Origin: the human T2T-CHM13v2.0 reference genome, Homo sapiens
Assembly: GCF_009914755.1 (NCBI RefSeq)
Contig: NC_060938.1
DNA: 64,000 nt
Strand: one strand, 5' to 3'
Shown here: positions 32,468-49,858 of the stretch, piece by piece
Layout of the letters: each line of letters opens with the position of its first letter
Numbering within the stretch: position 1 is the stretch's first letter
Position numbers and translations under genes: made by a program
The notes under the pieces: model-generated
Database searches by the model: none
Told to the model about the DNA's origin: nothing
Seen by the model: the letters and a program-made list of their open reading frames with translations, nothing else

Positions 32468-32775
32468 CTATGTTGCCCAGGCTGGAGTGCAGTGGCTATT
32501 CATAGGCACAATTATTGCACACTGCAGCCTTGAACTCCTGGGCTCAAGCCATCCTACCATCTCAGCTTCTCAAGTAGCTAGAACGACAGTCGCTGCCACC
32601 ACACCCATAAGCTTTTTATTAATACATTTGCATATCACCTGAGTCACATTCCAATGGCCATGGTGGTGGCACCCTCTTTCTGTGGGTACTAGAGTCAATC
32701 ACTCTGACAAAAGGCGTGCAAGAACCCTGGTGGGTCGCTCTGTAAAGTCACCACGAGGTGAATTGGGGAGAATAA

Positions 32776-33120
<345 letters not shown>

Positions 33121-33569
33121 TGATAGGATAGACAAAATCTCTACTCATGCAGGTCACTGCGATGAGCTGGTGCCATCCAACTGGCACAGAAACTGCAGAC
33201 CAGACAGGAGAACACCCAGGAACCACCCATCCTGCCCCTGCATCAGATCCCTTTCCAGGGCCCTGCCTCACTGTCCCCAGAATGTACCTACCCCATTCAT
33301 TTCCCTTTTAGAAGAGGCAGGCTAAGCTTCCCCGGGATGATTCTGTTTATTCAACAAATATTTATGTGTTTAAGTTTCTTCAGATGGCAATCTATTTATG
33401 AAACCAATTGAAGACATTAAGATTGGATATATTTCCACTTCCACATATGAGTTGAGATGGTGTGGTGCATTGGCTAACCATCAGGGCTCCTGGTCAGAGA
33501 GTTCCATCGTCCCCTTATAGCTGCACCTTGGACATGCTCCCTGTTTCTCTCTGTGCTTCAGTTACTTCA

Positions 33570-33938
<369 letters not shown>

Positions 33939-34149
33939 TTAAGAAGCTTACGTGAGTTAATATATATAAAGCACTTAGAATATTGCCTAGCACCTAGTAA
34001 GTGCCAAACAAATGTTTGTAATTATTATTTTAACTTTAACAATGTGATTTAAGACATATTATTATGAAAACAACGGACACATTTATCTTATAGAATAAGC
34101 TTTTGTAATCTACATATATTTAAATAAAACAATAATTGTTTTGATCTAA

Positions 34150-34508
<359 letters not shown>

Positions 34509-35451
34509 CATAAAGTGATTTATTTCTTAAATGAGCCCTTTTAAAAAAATAAACATGATAAAAAAAATTCTAGCAGTGCAAAACAGTAGAGCACGTTTTC
34601 CTGAAACCCCAGACCTCAGTTTTCTTAACTATCCCAGAAGGACCCCTTTACCATCTTTGTCAAGCAAATATTTTTTGAGCATCGTCTTTATCAGGCACTG
34701 TGCTGGCCTCCAGGACATAAAAATGAATGCACCCTGGTCTCTGCCCGCTTTATACACCCTGAGTCTGAGTCTGGGGGAAGGCCCTGGGATCTCTGTATTT
34801 GAAAAGCACTGCATGGTGATGCTGTCTCTTGCCTCAGCCAAGAATGAGAACCTCCAGTATGATGGTTTTTACACAAATCATCAGATATTTGACAAACACA
34901 AAATGTTTAAGTCAACTGAAGTTACCAAGATAACAACATTTTTCTTTCTAAATTGGAAGGTTGTCTTGGAGAGGTTGCCATTATTTTAGACTCTTTGAGG
35001 TCAGTTTTTGAAGAATTGCTTGTTAGAAGACAGTCACATTTTCTTCTCACCATGTTGTTCTTAGATGGGCTGGAGAGTTTTGAATCACTTTTTTTGAAAG
35101 CAGAGGTTAATGTGTGTAAACTCAGAAATCCTACTGCATGCTTGACAGAGGCCCAGGTGTCTGCGAATGTTCTCAGCAAGTCAGGAGTCCACATGAAAGA
35201 TTCGTAAATAGTCTTAATTATTTGCTACCGCGAATAGGATAATGATCTCTTCGTAGAAGTCAAAAGACAAACAGCAGCATTTGTGCAGTTGGAACTGAAC
35301 TGCTGCAGCCTCTTCTCTTTCCACAAGGAGAGTTTCAAGTTCGTAACCAGAAAGAGGTTTATATTCAGGACAGGGAAAAGTAAACTCAAGGCTGACAGAT
35401 TGCTGTGGTTATTTTATTAACTCTTTGGTTTTGTTCTAACAAAGATTTAGG

Positions 35452-35726
35452 TTTTGTTGTTGTTTTTTTTTTTGAGACAGAGTCTCGCTCTGTTGCCCAG
35501 GCTGGAGTGCAGTGATCTCACTGCAACCTCCACCTCCCAGCTCAGCTTCCCAAGAAGCTGGGATTACAAGCCTGTGCCACCACACCCGACTAATTTTTGT
35601 ATTTTTAGTAGAGACGGGGTTTCGTCATGTTGGCCAGGCTGGTCTCGAATTCCTGACCTCAAGTGATCCTCCCACCTTGGCCTCCCAAAGTGCTGGGATT
35701 ATAGGCGTGAGCCACCATACCCAGCC
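35452..35726 (-). mobile_element. Alu (partly deleted)
   Basis: Alu consensus. Confidence 0.85.
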
Positions 35727-35940
35727 AGATTTTGTTGTTTCTAAACGTAGCAACTGTAGAACATCTGGAAAACTAGGAAAAGTACAGACAGGAGAAAAAT
35801 GACCTAGAATTGGACAACCACAGAGACAAACTCAGAACTCAGTGAGCATTCTTTGAGTCCCTCTCTGAGTAAGGTGCAGAGGGGGAGCAGGAGAGAAAGG
35901 GACGTGGTTCTTTCCCTAAGAAGCTGGAATCTGTTGTGGG

Positions 35941-36080
35941 TTTTTTTTTGTTTTGTTTTTGTAGAGATGAGGCCTTGCTATGTTGCCCAGGCTGGTCCCA
36001 AACTCCTGGCCTCAAGCAATTCTCTTGCCTCAGCCTCTCAGAGTGCTTAGGATTAGAGGGAGGAGCCACTGCGCCTGGCC
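35941..36080 (-). mobile_element. FLAM
   Basis: Monomeric Alu. Confidence 0.75.
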
Positions 36081-36273
36081 CAGGTAGCTGCAATCTACTG
36101 CTTAGTGCCCATGAGTCTACAGGCGTAGCACTGTGCTCCAAACCAGGACATAGTCTCCTAAGCACCTAATATTCAGGTCATTTTTTTTAAGTTCTATTGT
36201 GTGGACAGAGGGCTTAAGTCATGGAATGAGCCATTCACGAGTGCCTGTAAATGCTTGGAAAGCTCTGAAAATT

Positions 36274-36920
<647 letters not shown>

Positions 36921-37078
36921 TTAATCGTGTTACCTCACACCCTGCCTCTTCCTTAGATCACTTCCTTCTGCGCAATCCAATGGTTGTACTAATATGGGAA
37001 GAAATTTTGCAGAAACAAAGATGTCATGATAGATTTAGGGAGAAAGACTAAGACCGAGTCATTCCTTCTCCACCAATC

Positions 37079-37392
<314 letters not shown>

Positions 37393-37450
37393 TGAGCCCT
37401 CACTATGTGCTTGGCTGGTAGTACAATGGCGGGGGAGGGAAGAGGGGGAA

Positions 37451-37625
37451 GATGGGCAAACTACGGCCTGTAAGCCAGCCACCCTTGGTTGTATAAATCA
37501 AGTTTTGTTGGAATACAGCCACACCTATTTGTTTGTATATTGTCTATGGCTGCTTGAGCGTTACAACAGCAGAGCTGAGTAGTTGCAATAGTGACGGCCT
37601 GATCCACAAAACCTGAAACACTCCT
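37451..37625. mobile_element. MER58A (hAT-Charlie)
   Basis: ggcaaactacggcc...aagttttgttggaatacagccac. Confidence 0.8.
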
Positions 37626-38329
37626 CTGCACTACATTGAACTAGGCAGATTCAGTCTCCTGGCTCTCAGAGACCTATAATCAACTCCTAGTAGTGCATGT
37701 TAGTGTTTATTCCAACCCTGCCCAATTCTATGCTATGAAAGGGAGGTTTTTTTCTGTTGTTCGTTTTTTTTTTTTGTTTTGTTTTTGTTTTTGTCGCTGG
37801 GGGCTGTGATGACACTCACTGAGAATAGATGAGCTCATAGACAGATGAAGGCACCTTCCTGAAGGAACAGAATGGCTCCAAGTCAGAAGAGATAGACCTC
37901 AACCTGATTGCATTTACTCGCATATCTAAAGAAAAAAAAATGCCAATTAACAAGGATTGGCTAGCCCTGGAGGCATAGAAAAAACAGACATACTTAGGCA
38001 AAGCCACCACTCCTAGGAAAAGGGAGTCTTAGCCTAGGGACAGCCTGATGTGATTAAACATTCCGTTTATCTGATTAATATCTTTCTGGTTAGGATCTAG
38101 TTCCCCTGCAGGTCTTCTGCAAGGAGTGAATTTGCAGGTCAGGCAGACAGATCAATTTCTCCTTGTATGTGTGCTCTCTTTGCATGGCATCCCTGAGCTT
38201 ATACATCAGGTTCCTGAATTTAGGCAAGAGGAGTGCCTCTGAGAGATGGAGCCACTTTCTGTGGCTGGAAAAGTCAGCTGCTTCTGGGACTTAGGGCTGA
38301 GTGACACTGACTCCACCGTAATGAAAACC

Positions 38330-39700
38330 TTTGTAATAACCTTGACCCTGTCACCCTGTGTCTCTCTCAGCAATGACTCTGCCTCCTGTTTTATTGAGAA
38401 ACTAGAACTCCCTCAGCTTCCTGCCGCCAAACCGATGCACTCTCTTCCATGTTCGCAGCTGCTTCCGTTCACTGATTCCGCAGCTATTTCTTGCAACTCA
38501 CTCACTGCTGGAAGAGATGTCTCCTACCCCAGGCTCAGCTCTTCTCTGGCTTTGAATCCTACCTCCTTCCCTCCTCCTGAGACCCTCTCGGCTATTACCT
38601 CCTCTCCTTTGTCTTCCCTTGCTCATTTTCTAAAGTCTCCTTCCTTCCTTCCTTCCTTCCTTCCTTCCTTCCTTCCTTCTTTCCATTAACATTCAACTAT
38701 CTCTAGTATCTCCAATCTTGTAAAATATATATCTCCTCTACCTTCAGCTTCCTGGTTCTTCCTCTCTTCCTCCTCTCAGTTCTTGACCCAGCTTCTGCGC
38801 CCAGCATCTTCCTTCTCATATCCATGGCTTCAGTTGTCTCTGAAATCAGGATGAATGCTAATTCCATAGGTCTTGCTGTCATCCTCTTCCCCAAGCTCCA
38901 TTCCTTTCACACCTAATGAACATTTCCACTTGGATGCCCCAGAAGCACCCCAGTTGCACGAAGTCTTAAACAGAAGCGGTTTTCCTTCCATCACCATTTC
39001 TCCTTGTGTTCCCAATACAGTGCCTGCATCAGCCCTCCATGTTCAAGCCAGACACCTGGGTCTTACCTTTAACTCTGCTTCCTGTCCCAGCGCCCACCCC
39101 CCTACCACCCCGAACTAACATCCCAGTGGCCAAGTCTTGTTCATTCTCCCTCCTTCAGATCACTTGACCCAGCAGCTTGTCTTCCTTCCCCTGCTTCAGC
39201 TCAGGCCACCGCTGACTCCCACCGCTTCCTACCTGTTCTCCCTGCTGCCAGGCTCGGCCGTTCCCAGCCTGAACACACATCTGACCATGTCTCCCTTCTT
39301 TCTTGTGGGGAGAATCAAAGCTCCAGAACATGGCCAAGGACGCCCTCTGGGATTGCCCCACGTCTCATGCCACTCTCTTTTGCATGCTGTGGTCACCCTG
39401 ATTGCTCTGTTTTCTAGTTACCAGATTTTATTCCATGCTTTCAATTTCTAGACTTTGCATATACTCTTCTCTCTGTTGCACCTACTCCCAACCTCTACTC
39501 CCAGCTTGTGTCCCTTAGGTCTCCAGTTAGTAGGCATTTCCTCCAGGAAGGCTTCTCTGATTCTCTCCTCTCATTCCTCCTGGATGCCCTGCAAAGGTTC
39601 GCCCATCACGCCACCCTTCTCCCACTGTATGGTTATTGCCATTTTTTTTGTCTGATACCCCAAGAAGAGTACAAGCTCCTAAGGCACAGGGTTACATTTA
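38330..39700 (+). mobile_element. L2 fragments
   Basis: Pyrimidine-rich L2 3' region, e.g. catttccacttggatg and ctccaggaaggcttctctga. Confidence 0.6.
38638..38684. repeat. (CCTT)n
   Basis: Read directly. Confidence 0.9.
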
Positions 39701-39705
39701 CTTAC

Positions 39706-40015
<310 letters not shown>

Positions 40016-40649
40016 CACATTTACTTCGATTTTCACTTAACCCCATGTCCTCTCACAGTACCTGGCATGTAGAAGGTTCTCAGTGTGTCCAAATGCAATG
40101 CAATCCCCAAACAAAGTGATCTCCCATTTCCCAGGGAGGACAAACTGAAGAAGTTGGGCCAGTTTGCATATGTGTAAACTTTAAGGGATCTAGGTAAAAT
40201 AGTCAGATGTCTGCTTATAACAATATATTATTTAGTTACGCTTGTATATTTTAAATTACCTTATGGAAAACAATATATTATTTTTGAAAAGTTGTTTTTC
40301 TACACATATTTTGTGAAGGAAGTCTTATCAAATGAATCTTTGATACAAATGTCTTTGTTTTCCTTCTCTAGAGTTTTTTGAGTCATTTAACAGTGTTTCA
40401 GTGTGCTGCCTTCATTTCCATCAGTTAATTGAAATTTTATGAGAATGTATGCGCTGCTATCCCTAAAGTTTTTTTATTTTAAGCCATAAGTATACGTCCT
40501 ACACCATAAGGGGAGTTCTTTTTTTATTTGTGTTGACTTATGATCAGGATATCCACAATGTATCAGGTACATACTGCTTTTGACACCCAACACTTGTAAG
40601 ATTATTTTCCTGGGAATAACTAAATTTGTGTTAAATTTCTTTACTCCCA

Positions 40650-40949
40650 GGCCAGGCATGGTGGCTCATGCCTGTAATTCCAGCACTTTGGGAGGCCGAG
40701 GCGGGTGGATCACTTGAGGCCAGGAGTTGAAGACCAGCTGGCCAACATGGCGAAACCCCATCTCTACTAAAAACACAAAACTTAGCTTGGCATGGTGGCA
40801 CATGCCTGTAATCCCAGCTACTTGGGAGGCTGAGGTACAAGAATTGTTTGAACCCGGGAGGCGGAAGTTGCAGTGAGCCAAGATCACACACTGCACTCCA
40901 GCCTGGGTGACGGAGCAAGACTCAGTCTCAAAAAAAAAAAGAAAAAAAA
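40650..40949 (+). mobile_element. AluS
   Basis: Alu consensus. Confidence 0.9.
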
Positions 40950-41124
40950 GTTTGTTTTTATTTACTCCCTTTGTAGTGATTCACTCAGGCAAGGAGCATT
41001 GATTGCGGTCTTCTTAGGACCATGTGTCTTCCCAAATTTTAGATTGTTGTTCAGTACAAAGTGATTGACTTAATAGCACCTCTGATGTGAGAACTTGTAA
41101 AGACTCAAATCATAAGCAATTTTC

Positions 41125-41380
41125 TCTCTTTTTTTCTTTCCTTTTTTTTTTTTTTTTTGGTCCTTGGGACAGGGTCTTGCTCTGTTGCCCAGGCTCAGTG
41201 CAGAGACATGATCATGGCTTACTGTAGCCTCAAACTCCTGGGCTTCTGCCTCAGCCTTCTGAGGAGCTGGAATTACAGGCATGCACCACCATGCCCGGCT
41301 AATTTATTTTTTAAAAAAATTGTAAAGCGGAGTCTCTCTATGTTGCCTACACTGGTCTTGAATTCCTGGGCTCAAGCATT
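41125..41380 (-). mobile_element. AluJ
   Basis: Diverged Alu. Confidence 0.8.
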
Positions 41381-42990
41381 CCTATGGCCCCCACCCTAGT
41401 GGGCTTGCATTGTAGGGGGAAAGCTGACAATAAATATGATAAATAATGAAGCATGGTGACAGACTGAGACAGGTGTTATGAAGGAGAAAAAACAATGATG
41501 AGACCAGAGAGTGACTGAGAAAGGGGGGGGGTCTCATTTAGAAGGAGGATTAGGGAAGGTTGTGCTAATAAGGTGACTTTTAAAGGAAGCTGAAGCTCAT
41601 CAAGGAATCCTGGGACCAGCGTTCCAGGCAGAGGAAAAAGCCAGTGTGTTTCAGGACAGCAGGAGGGCCAACATGGCTAGTGTCAGTGAGCAAAGGCAAA
41701 GTGGAAGGGGCTGGAGAGGATGGGCAAAGTCTAGGGGCCATGGTGAGGGGTGCACTTGGATTTTTTTCCAGGTAGAGTAGCAGCCGTTGACTAACATGTG
41801 ATACATGGCCATGAGGGGCTGTACGGTTAGGTAAAGCCAGTCTGCACTCCTCCTTGAGTTCCCAGGGTAGATGGCCAACTTTGCACAGGCCACTGGGAGT
41901 CTTTTGAGCAATTCCTGGGTCTCTAACTTAAAACAAGAAGGAACAAGTAAGAAAGAGGCCTGGCACAGTGCTTCCTCCATTCACCTGGGGCCCAGATGCA
42001 GGCTTGGAAGAAAACTCCCCTAGGAGAGGGGAAGGGGGATGATTGATGGGTTATTCCACCTTGGGTCGCCTCCAGGTCTTTTGTCCTGGAGAATGCAGCT
42101 GGCGGATCTGGATCCTGGATCCCGGGAGGCACAAGACAGGGGTGCAGAGACAAGAGCAGGAGAGGGCAGGAGTCAGGAGCTAGGTGCTGGTCCCGGCCCA
42201 GTCACTAGCCAACTGGCTGACCTTGGGCAAGCAAGGACTGAGTTCCTCTGGCCTCAGTTTCCTCATCTCTACAAGAAGAGTCCATTAAACCCACAAAATG
42301 TTAGCTATCTGCAGGGCACTGGCAAATGACAGAACAAATCACAATTCCTCTTTTTGGAGACACAGCCAGGATGCCAGTCAGAATGTGGTCAGCCTGTGAC
42401 TTAGGTGACACATAGAGTCCAGAGAAGGTTTATACCTTCTGGAGGGCAGGGAGGGCTTCCTGGAAGAAGGGACACTTTCTCAGAAGTGGAAGGTAAACAT
42501 GCTTGGCAGCAAGAGAGGAGGGGGCTCAGTGGTGGATGATGGGCTGGGAAAACAGCATGGCACTGGAGTGCACCAGGCTTCACAGGTCATGGTAAGGAAC
42601 AGTTAAGTAAGGAGTCATATTTAAGATTTGAGGGCTATTTAACCAGGCTTAGAATCTCAGCTTCACGATTTCTTAGTTGTATCACCTTGGGCAAGTGACT
42701 TAGTTTTCCTGAGCCTTAATGTCCGTATCAGTAAAATGTTAATAGTTCCTGCCCCTACAGTGTTATTGCAAAAATGAAATGAGACATGCATGTGAGGGTG
42801 TAACTAAGTGCCTGGCACATGAAATAAATAGTATTTGTTTTGTTAGTTGTGCTTGGCAATGGGAAGTCATTGAAGGCTTCTGAGCAGGGAATTAATCAGA
42901 TCTCCTTTCAGCAAGATAATTCAGGCAACAATAGGAACGATGATGTGGAAGCAGGAGAGGCTAGGGGCTGGGAGCCCAGTGAGGAAGCAA

Positions 42991-43624
<634 letters not shown>

Positions 43625-43729
43625 ACAGGAAGCAATTTTAACAGTGCAGTTAGGGCCGTCCAAACCAAGATCAGGGCAAAAGGGCTAGAAGGAGAAGTTA
43701 GGCTTGAGGAACTTTCAAAAGTGGATTCA

Positions 43730-44112
<383 letters not shown>

Positions 44113-44342
44113 CTAATTTAGGCTACTAGGGAGATGGCAAGGCCATTAGGGGGAAAACATAAATACCCAGAAGGAACAATTTCGTCAGCTGGGAGAGTCA
44201 GGGTGGGAAGGAGCATGAGATAATGGATAAAGTTTTGGACATATTGAGTTTGATCAGTTCACAGAGACCCTGGAGAGTTTGGAATTACAGCCCAGAAGCA
44301 AAATCTTGAGTGGGGTTTTAAGTCTAAGGAGAGCCTCTAAGA

Positions 44343-44523
44343 CTGTGGTTCTCAAAGTGTGGCCCTCAGGCCAGCAGCAAAGGCTACACCTGGGAGCTTG
44401 TTAGAAATGCAAATTTTGGGCCCCACCCCAGACCTACTGAATCTGAGACTGGGGGGCAAGGCCCAGCAATCTGATTTAGCCTTTCAGGTGAGCTTCATTC
44501 AAGCTCAAATTTGAGAACTGGTG
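44343..44523. mobile_element. MER5A (hAT-Charlie)
   Basis: gtggttctcaaagtgtgg...ttgttagaaatgcaaat...tttgagaac. Confidence 0.85.
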
Positions 44524-44616
44524 TTCGAGAGAAAGCTCTTTAGAAGGAGAAGGGTTGAGGGACCCTGCCGAACAGAAGGAGCATAGGAGGGGCCTTGAAA
44601 GGAGATTGAGGAGTGC

Positions 44617-45370
44617 CATATTTCATCAGTTCTAAGATGCACATTTTCTCCAAGTAACATCTCTGAATTGGGCTGCCTGTCACAGTTACCATTGACCAGG
44701 TGACAGCCGTTCCCTGGTTGTCACTGCACTCAAACGCACCTCAAAAGTTGCAGAGTAGGGGCCAGTGGCCTGAGACAACAGTGAACACTTTCTTAACAAA
44801 GCCCTTGATAGTAGAGAGGATGACTCTGTGAAAAAAACATGAAAACAATGACTGATCAAAAATGATTCAGAAGAGTTTGAGATGTTTTAGCAATATTTTA
44901 ACCAATCTGTTTTTCTCGTATTTTCTCTTATGTATGTGTAAGAAGGCTACGGGATCAAATCAAATCTGAAAAAAAGCTCTTTTTTTTTTTTTTTTTTGAG
45001 ACTGGGTCTCGCTCTGTCACCCAGGCTGAAGTGCAGTGGCACAATCTCTGCTCACTGCCGCCTCAGCCTCCCTTCAACCTCCCTGGGCTCAAGTGATCCT
45101 CCCACCTTGAGCCTCCAAAGTAGCTGGTACCACAGGGGCATGCCACCACACTCGGCTAATTTTTTGTATTTTTGGTAGAGATGGGGTTTCACCATGTTGT
45201 CCAGGCTGGTCTTGAACACCTGGGCTCAAGTGATCCACTGGCCGTGGCCTCCCAAAGTGCCTGGATTACAGGTGTGAGCCTAATCGGTGGATTCTTTTTT
45301 CTTTCTTGACTGATGGGTAAAATAATGGTACATCTTACCACTGAAAGCATCTTAGTTCATTACAAACCAG
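44617..45370. mobile_element. TcMar-Tc2 (Kanga/MER104-like) element interrupted by an antisense AluJ (44980-45280)
   Basis: tatttcatcagttctaagatgcac terminus, with a degenerate partner near 45350. Confidence 0.55.
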
Positions 45371-46259
45371 GCGACTAAAAAAACAAAAGAAAGCAAGTAC
45401 TCCAGAGTTGATTAAATACACATAGAAATAGTCAGAGATGTTGCAAGAGTCCCTGCAGAGAGAAGGGAGATGAAATCTAACAAAATAGCCTGTTTTAAGA
45501 GGGTGGCAATGGGTGTCTGCTGCTTCAGGAAGGACCAGGAGGAGAAAGACCAAGAGGAGACAATTGCATTTGGTAGCTGAAAGGTCACTGTTGTGGAATT
45601 CTAGGATTCTCTGGGTGGGGGCTCTTGCTTTCAATTCGTTTGCATTCATTATCTATTCAACAGATATTAATCGATTTCCAGGATTGAGATACTGTACTTG
45701 AGATACAGAAATGAAAAACATAATAATCTCCATTCCCAAAAAGCACACAGTTCAGAAGGGAGGCCCACAGGTACACCTGTGATTATGAAACACTAAGGTA
45801 GCTGCTTTGAGTGTGGGGATGGGGTGGTGGCGAGAAACATGCGAGCCTATCTGGGGCAGAAGGGAAGAAAGTGTCACCAAGGAGGCCATGTGAGAGCTGT
45901 GGCTCCAAGGATGTGGAGGAGCTGGCCAGGAGGACCAAATGAGGAGTTTCAGGTAGAGGGAGGTATGGGAGGGCCGGGGGCTCCATGAGATCCATGAACT
46001 ATTATACTTACTGACAGTTCAGATCTGCTGGAGCCTACAAACTGGAGGCCTCAGTGAGAGGGGATTAGGGTGGACAATTTGGAAATGGTCAGATCATAAA
46101 AGGCCTGGTAGGCTTTGCCCTGGAGTTTAGATTTTGTTCTCTGCTCTGGGTGGCAAGAGTTGGAGAATTTCTTAAATTTATACTTTAAATTTATTTCTAA
46201 TTCTTTTCAAAATAAGGTATACAAATAGTTTAAAGAGTATAAAAGAAACATAACTTTTA

Positions 46260-46705
<446 letters not shown>

Positions 46706-47176
46706 TCAGAGTTAACCATTTAAAAAAAACTCTCTTCTATCATTTAGTAATATTGTGATCTTATAGCTATATTTGCTGACAGCAATTTTTACCTTCTTTC
46801 TTGACTTGCTGTTATGGAAGATGAGTTAGCTCCAATTACACAACCCATCCCAACACACACACACGATCATCCCGCTGTCCCAATATGGTAATATCACAAA
46901 ATTTTCTATTTTGCCTGTTGCCATTTCCTTCTTGACATGTCCTTGACTTTTCTCATGGGTTGTATTCCCTGTTTTCTGGATCCTACCTCTTCCTCTTTTT
47001 AGTTCTTTCCTTCTTTGGGAAAGCATGTAGTTCATGGGCGTCCTTAAAAGGTATAGGAGAGGTAAAATCGGCAATACCTTGTATATGTGGAAATGCCTCT
47101 ATTCCATCCTCCAACCTTCACATTAGATTCATGTCTTGGCTTGGTACAGAATTCTAGTTGAAAATAATTATTCTCA

Positions 47177-47447
47177 GCTGGGTGCAGTGGTTCATGCCTG
47201 GAATCCCAGCACTTTGGGAAGCTGAGGCGGGTGGATCACCTGAAGTCAGGAGTTCGAGACCAGCCTGACCAACCTGGAGAACTCCTGTCTCTACTAAAAA
47301 TACAAAAATTAGCTGGGCTTGGTGGTGCACGCCTGTAATCCCAGCTACTCAGGAGGCTGAGTAGGAGAATCGCTTGAACCCGTGAGGCGGAGGTTGCAGT
47401 GAGCCAAGATCACACCACTGCACTCCAGCCTGGGCAACAAGAGCGAA

Positions 47448-47490
<43 letters not shown>

Positions 47491-47500
47491 AAATAAAGAA
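47177..47500 (+). mobile_element. AluS with a (CA)n microsatellite in its tail (47452-47486)
   Basis: Alu consensus. Confidence 0.9.
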
Positions 47501-47796
47501 AAGAATTGTCCATCAGAATTTGGACACCATTGCTGCTTTGTCTTGTAGCTCCTGCTGCTGCTATATCTTGAGTCTTCAATGCCTGACACTTTCTGAGGTT
47601 CTGCAGTGTGGCTAGCTTATTTCTTATCTGGATCCCTTGCTTTAGCTACCTAGGTTTCTACTTTCCTCATTCTCTGAGACAGTTCCCACTCCCATCCTGC
47701 CAGTTATTGGATTTTTGGGATGACGCATAGACAGGTGTGCTCCATGTGCCATGATGGGCCAGAGAACCCATAAACTTGTCTGGGAAAGTTATTAAC

Positions 47797-47815
47797 TGAC
47801 CTCCAGGGGGCAGTG
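47797..47815 (+). promoter_or_regulatory. CTCF-like motif
   Basis: CCTCCAGGGGGCAG matches 13/14 of CCASYAGRKGGCRS. Confidence 0.45.
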
Positions 47816-48784
47816 TGGAGGATAGATTGGAAAGGGAAATGGAGACAGGCTAGTGCAGGACGATGGTCGCAAGGGGTGATGAGTGTGGAACTAGGACTGT
47901 TGCAGAAGGGAGGGAGGGAGCAGGTATCAGGAAGTAGGATGAAAAGGATCTTAGGGGTAGATATGGAAAAATCCAGGAGGCCCCTTCATTTCTGACAGGT
48001 TGCAGGTGGCTAGTCGTCCCTTTGATGAGACAAGGGATACAGTAAGAGGAACAGGCTGGATGAGGATGGGTTCAGTTTGAGAAAGGTGAGGGCCCAGGGG
48101 ACCTCCAGGTAGACACATCAGCAGGCAGATAGCTATAAGGGCATGAGCACTGGCTGCAGATCATTGCCAATTTCGTGATAGTGGAAGCCAGTGGCATGAA
48201 TGAGATCATCCAGCTCATGGGTGAGGGGGAGGATCGGGAGAGCAGAGGGCCCTGGGCAACGCAGAGATGAAAGGGATGGTCCCTGTCTCCAGAGGTGTGT
48301 AAATAAGGGAGTGGAACTGAGTGACCATCACCCCAGCCCTTTCACACCAGCTGAATAGAGTGGTACCATTTGAGCTCTGTCATTAGCCAGCAGCCTCTGA
48401 GCCCACAGGTCCCCGAGAGCTATTTGTCCGAGCTTAGCAACCCCCTTCCTGAGCCTGTGGCAGGGCTGCCCTGCTCCCTGCAGCTGTTCATGAACAGCTG
48501 ATGGGGATGCCCCTGGGATTTCCTTCTCTCCGGGAAGCACAGGATCAAAGAGAGCTGATGGTGGTGGTTACCCTTCTGCCTTAAGGTCACGGAGAAGTCC
48601 AGGTCAGGTTCTACCAGTGCCTGCCTCCTTCCCACAGGCACCGGCAGCATCCACTCTGAGGTCTAGGGACCGGAGGCAGACCTTAATGTTCTCAAATATC
48701 ACAGTTGGTGGCTAGCCTCGGATCCAACACCTAGAAAAGACTTACCCTGGAATCCTTTGGTTGTATCTACCCTGTAAGACAATC

Positions 48785-48962
48785 TTGTCCAACCTGTGGC
48801 CCAGGATGGCTTTGAATGCGGCCCAACACAAATTCATAAACTTTCTTGTAGCAGGATGAGTTTTTTTTTTTTTTCTCATCAGTTATCGTTAGTATATTTT
48901 ATGCATGGCCCAAGACAATTCTTCTTCAATGTGGCCCAGGGAAGCCAAAAGATTGGACACTA
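48785..48962. mobile_element. MER30 (hAT-Charlie)
   Basis: tgtccaacctgtggcccaggatggctttgaatgcggccc...aaagattggacac. Confidence 0.85.
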
Positions 48963-49078
48963 CTACTGTAAGATCTGCCTGAATATAAAAATAAGCAGAG
49001 CAGCCGTGGTGGCCTGTTTGCCAGTGCCTGCACTTCACTAAGACCTTTGTATGCTTTCTGTCACTGAATCTAGGGAAC

Positions 49079-49380
49079 TTTTATTTTTTATGTATTTATT
49101 TTTGAGACGGAATCTTGCTCTGTCACCCAGGCTGGAGTGCAGTGGCATGATCTCTGCAACCTCTGCCTTCTGGGTTTAAGCGATTCTCCTGCCTCAGCCT
49201 TCCGAATAGCTAAGATTACAGATGCCCACCACCATGCCTGGCTAATTTTTTTATATTGTTGGTAGAGACGGGGTTTCACCATGTTGGCCACACTGGTCTC
49301 AAACTCCTGACCTCAAGTGATCCTACTGCCTCGGCCACCCAAAGTGATGGGATTAGAAGTGTGAGCCACTGCGCCTGGCC
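49079..49380 (-). mobile_element. AluS
   Basis: TSD tgaatct(a/g)gggaactttt. Confidence 0.9.
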
Positions 49381-49819
49381 TGAATCTGGGGAACTTTTAG
49401 ATAAGAACTTTATGAGATGGGGGCTGTACCCATTTTACAGATTAGGAAACTGAGGCTCAGAGAAGTTAGGTGATGTGCCCAAAGTGGAGTCTGCACCTGT
49501 CTATACTGAATACACTCCCAGGTTAGAACCTGGAATTTATGCTAACCATTGGCCATGTCCCTGTCCTGAGAGAACTCATCCCCAAAACTGCCACACCTCA
49601 GCTGCACGTGTGTGTGCTGCCAATGTCCTATCCCTGTTCCTACACGCTCCTAGGCCCGCCTCAAGAGACCACAGGAATTCTGATGAATTAATCTCATCAC
49701 TTTATCGAGGAGGCACTTAAAAAAATTACAAAGCAAGGCCGCCAGCCTGGCTTTGCTGGCAGCTAGCCGCTGGGGCCATAAAATAAATTGAAAGGAACCA
49801 AAATAAACAAATAATTAGG

Positions 49820-49858
49820 TCTCTCTCTCTGACACACACACACACACACACACACACG
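49820..49858. repeat. (CT)n(CA)n microsatellite
   Basis: Read directly. Confidence 0.88.
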
